DNA from: Vulcanimicrobiota bacterium | Lineage (GTDB): Bacteria; Vulcanimicrobiota; Vulcanimicrobiia; Vulcanimicrobiales; Vulcanimicrobiaceae | Direction of reading: 5' to 3' | Length of the DNA stretch: 64,000 bases | NCBI GenBank assembly: GCA_963786105.1 | Contig: CAWAXX010000024.1 | Coordinates: 32,001 to 96,000, forward strand | Shown here: positions 62,201 to 64,000 of the stretch, piece by piece | Numbering within the stretch: position 1 is the first letter of the stretch | Layout: each line of letters opens with the position of its first letter | Notes under the pieces: model-generated | The model's input: the letters and a program-made list of their open reading frames with translations, nothing else | Database searches by the model: none | What the model was told of the DNA's origin: nothing | Made by a program: the position numbers and the translations under genes

Positions 62201-62772
62201 AGCGCGAAGCGTTTCTGCGCGAGCAGCTCGACGATCTCGCACGCGCCCGCGAAACGCTACTCGAATCGATCCGCGAAATCGAGCAGCAAACGCAAGTGCA
62301 GTTCAACGAGATGTTCGAAAAAGTCTCCCGCGCGTTCGCCGAGATGTATCCCAAACTGTTCCCGGGCGGCCAGGCCAAAATGTGGCAGACGAATCCGGAG
62401 AATCTTTCTGAGACCGGTATCGAGATCGCGGTTCAGCCGCCCGGCAAAAAACAGATGCCGCTGGCGGCCCTTTCGGGCGGGGAACGGGCGATGACCGCGG
62501 CGGCGCTGATTTTCGCGCTGATCGCCGTCAAGCCGTCACCGTTCTATCTGCTCGACGAAGTCGATGCGGCCCTGGACGATGCCAACGTCGAACGCTTCTC
62601 CGAAATGGTCAAGAGTTTTGCGGCGGACTCGCAGATGATCATCGTGACGCACAACAAGAAAACGATGGAAATGGCCGACCGGCTGTACGGCGTGACGATG
62701 GGCGAAGCCGGTATCAGTTCGGTCGTGTCGGCCGAGTTGTCGCCACGGGAGCCGGAGCTCGCGCTTGCCTAG
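59206..62772 (+). CDS. smc: Chromosome segregation protein SMC
   Basis: GTG 59206 overlaps the rnc stop. Motifs GFKTF, GPNGSGKSN, hinge GRATFLPL, LSGGE and LLDEVDAALD. Confidence 0.96.
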   Translation: MKLKKIKSFGFKTFADPTTLEFGGGITAIVGPNGSGKSNLVDAFRWVLGETSSKSLRGGKLEDVIFAGNDNRKPLGLAEVSVLFDNTDGRLPIEFSEVEITRRAYRAGESEYFINRAAVRLRDILDLLMGTGLGPGSYAIVSQGQVDAILTSKPTDRRALFEETAGINKFLSRKAESMRRLDQTEQNAIRISDLISELEHRVPELETQVRRAKRYRKVSGRVRDLEILGYLRAGASRRAERETLRSALEKNEETRGIAAAKAASLGAQLSDVRTRVYRQELQLEELRSHAQSKRAELAGIEADYAATLARREALERQSTQTSEDVARVAQERDALTAAVGGLDERLAPLASEIEGAREGELVAQTALAQARARLDAVFTELREVESGAAVHAAKKAERRVQAENLRSQAERFDEELRNARERASQAEIAAGGAAHRHAERKRHIGALDEAQLDARGRVEDAEREVALAQEELSHALAAHRDRTAETTGAESRLHTIEELENSLEGHVPGTRSIVDAWQRGELRGIEGIVSNLITTDERYARAMDVAFGARLSNVVTRTSEDAERAIEFLNRKESGRATFLPLDTLANREGRHLGGDLSAMPGVIGYAHSLVGTEPQYRGIVNFLVGNVLIVDQLKTGIDLVRERGLRDTVVTLTGEQITGGGAITGGRFQRERSILSRRAQAQGLREALVELRAKLRESEGSLHGAHQRTEAAIENRDRERAGLARVELQLAQARTEISALDHEVVRLQAELAAAREQVTDLSDNARRARDAERGFERVEPEEARSDADRTRLEEDLARVRDDIARAEATQLAASARAADLRERAAGLAAERDAAKARLGMLDQDGERARLAREEMLAQIASLAGQTRTSHAHVEGLRGGVSDLDAQLDAARREREALVDRQTQLESDVRMAENEERDANAGGERHRTRLAEIEAELGMLVSQFAQNPATDDECHDVEARYRDEPDGVVDDLPRLRDELGRLSANVNLNAEVERQEVMQREAFLREQLDDLARARETLLESIREIEQQTQVQFNEMFEKVSRAFAEMYPKLFPGGQAKMWQTNPENLSETGIEIAVQPPGKKQMPLAALSGGERAMTAAALIFALIAVKPSPFYLLDEVDAALDDANVERFSEMVKSFAADSQMIIVTHNKKTMEMADRLYGVTMGEAGISSVVSAELSPREPELALA

Positions 62773-62885
62773 CAGGCTGCGAAGGAATTCGCGCTGCCGG
62801 ATTTGTGCCCGAACGTTTCGCCGAGACGAGGAGCGATGAGGGAGCGAAGCCGGAGCTTCGTGACCGAAGAGCGACGAAGCATTCG

Positions 62886-64000
<1,115 letters not shown>

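Overview
GC-rich bacterial DNA, probably a long-read metagenome assembly: many genes carry single-base frameshifts. About 57 kb (1-57029) is a large cell-surface glycan locus. It holds rmlA/rmlB, two DegT aminotransferases with two acetyltransferases, a split wzm...wzt ABC exporter, about 8 soluble glycosyltransferases plus a GT-C membrane protein, methyltransferases, a sulfotransferase, GtrA, a PIG-L deacetylase, a GMC oxidoreductase and a SPASM-first radical SAM enzyme. Core genes fabF-rnc-smc-purH follow. Four things stand out. (1) Nine paralogues of exported AcpA/PlcH-family phosphoesterases (7 full length, 2 decayed) are interleaved with the glycan genes. (2) Three methyltransferase-coiled-coil 'ruler'-like proteins of very different lengths, extended by heptad-multiple repeats, occur alongside three paralogous GT2-GT4 enzymes. 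(3) A roughly 120-aa domain ending D-x-R-x-[LV]-G is shared by Wzt, a methyltransferase and probably two lipoproteins. (4) A 166-bp palindromic MITE-like element appears to be inserted exactly at the smc stop/purH start overlap. The gene content is reminiscent of Ca. Eremiobacterota/Vulcanimicrobiota (inference only). No rRNA, tRNA, CRISPR array or transposase was recognised.
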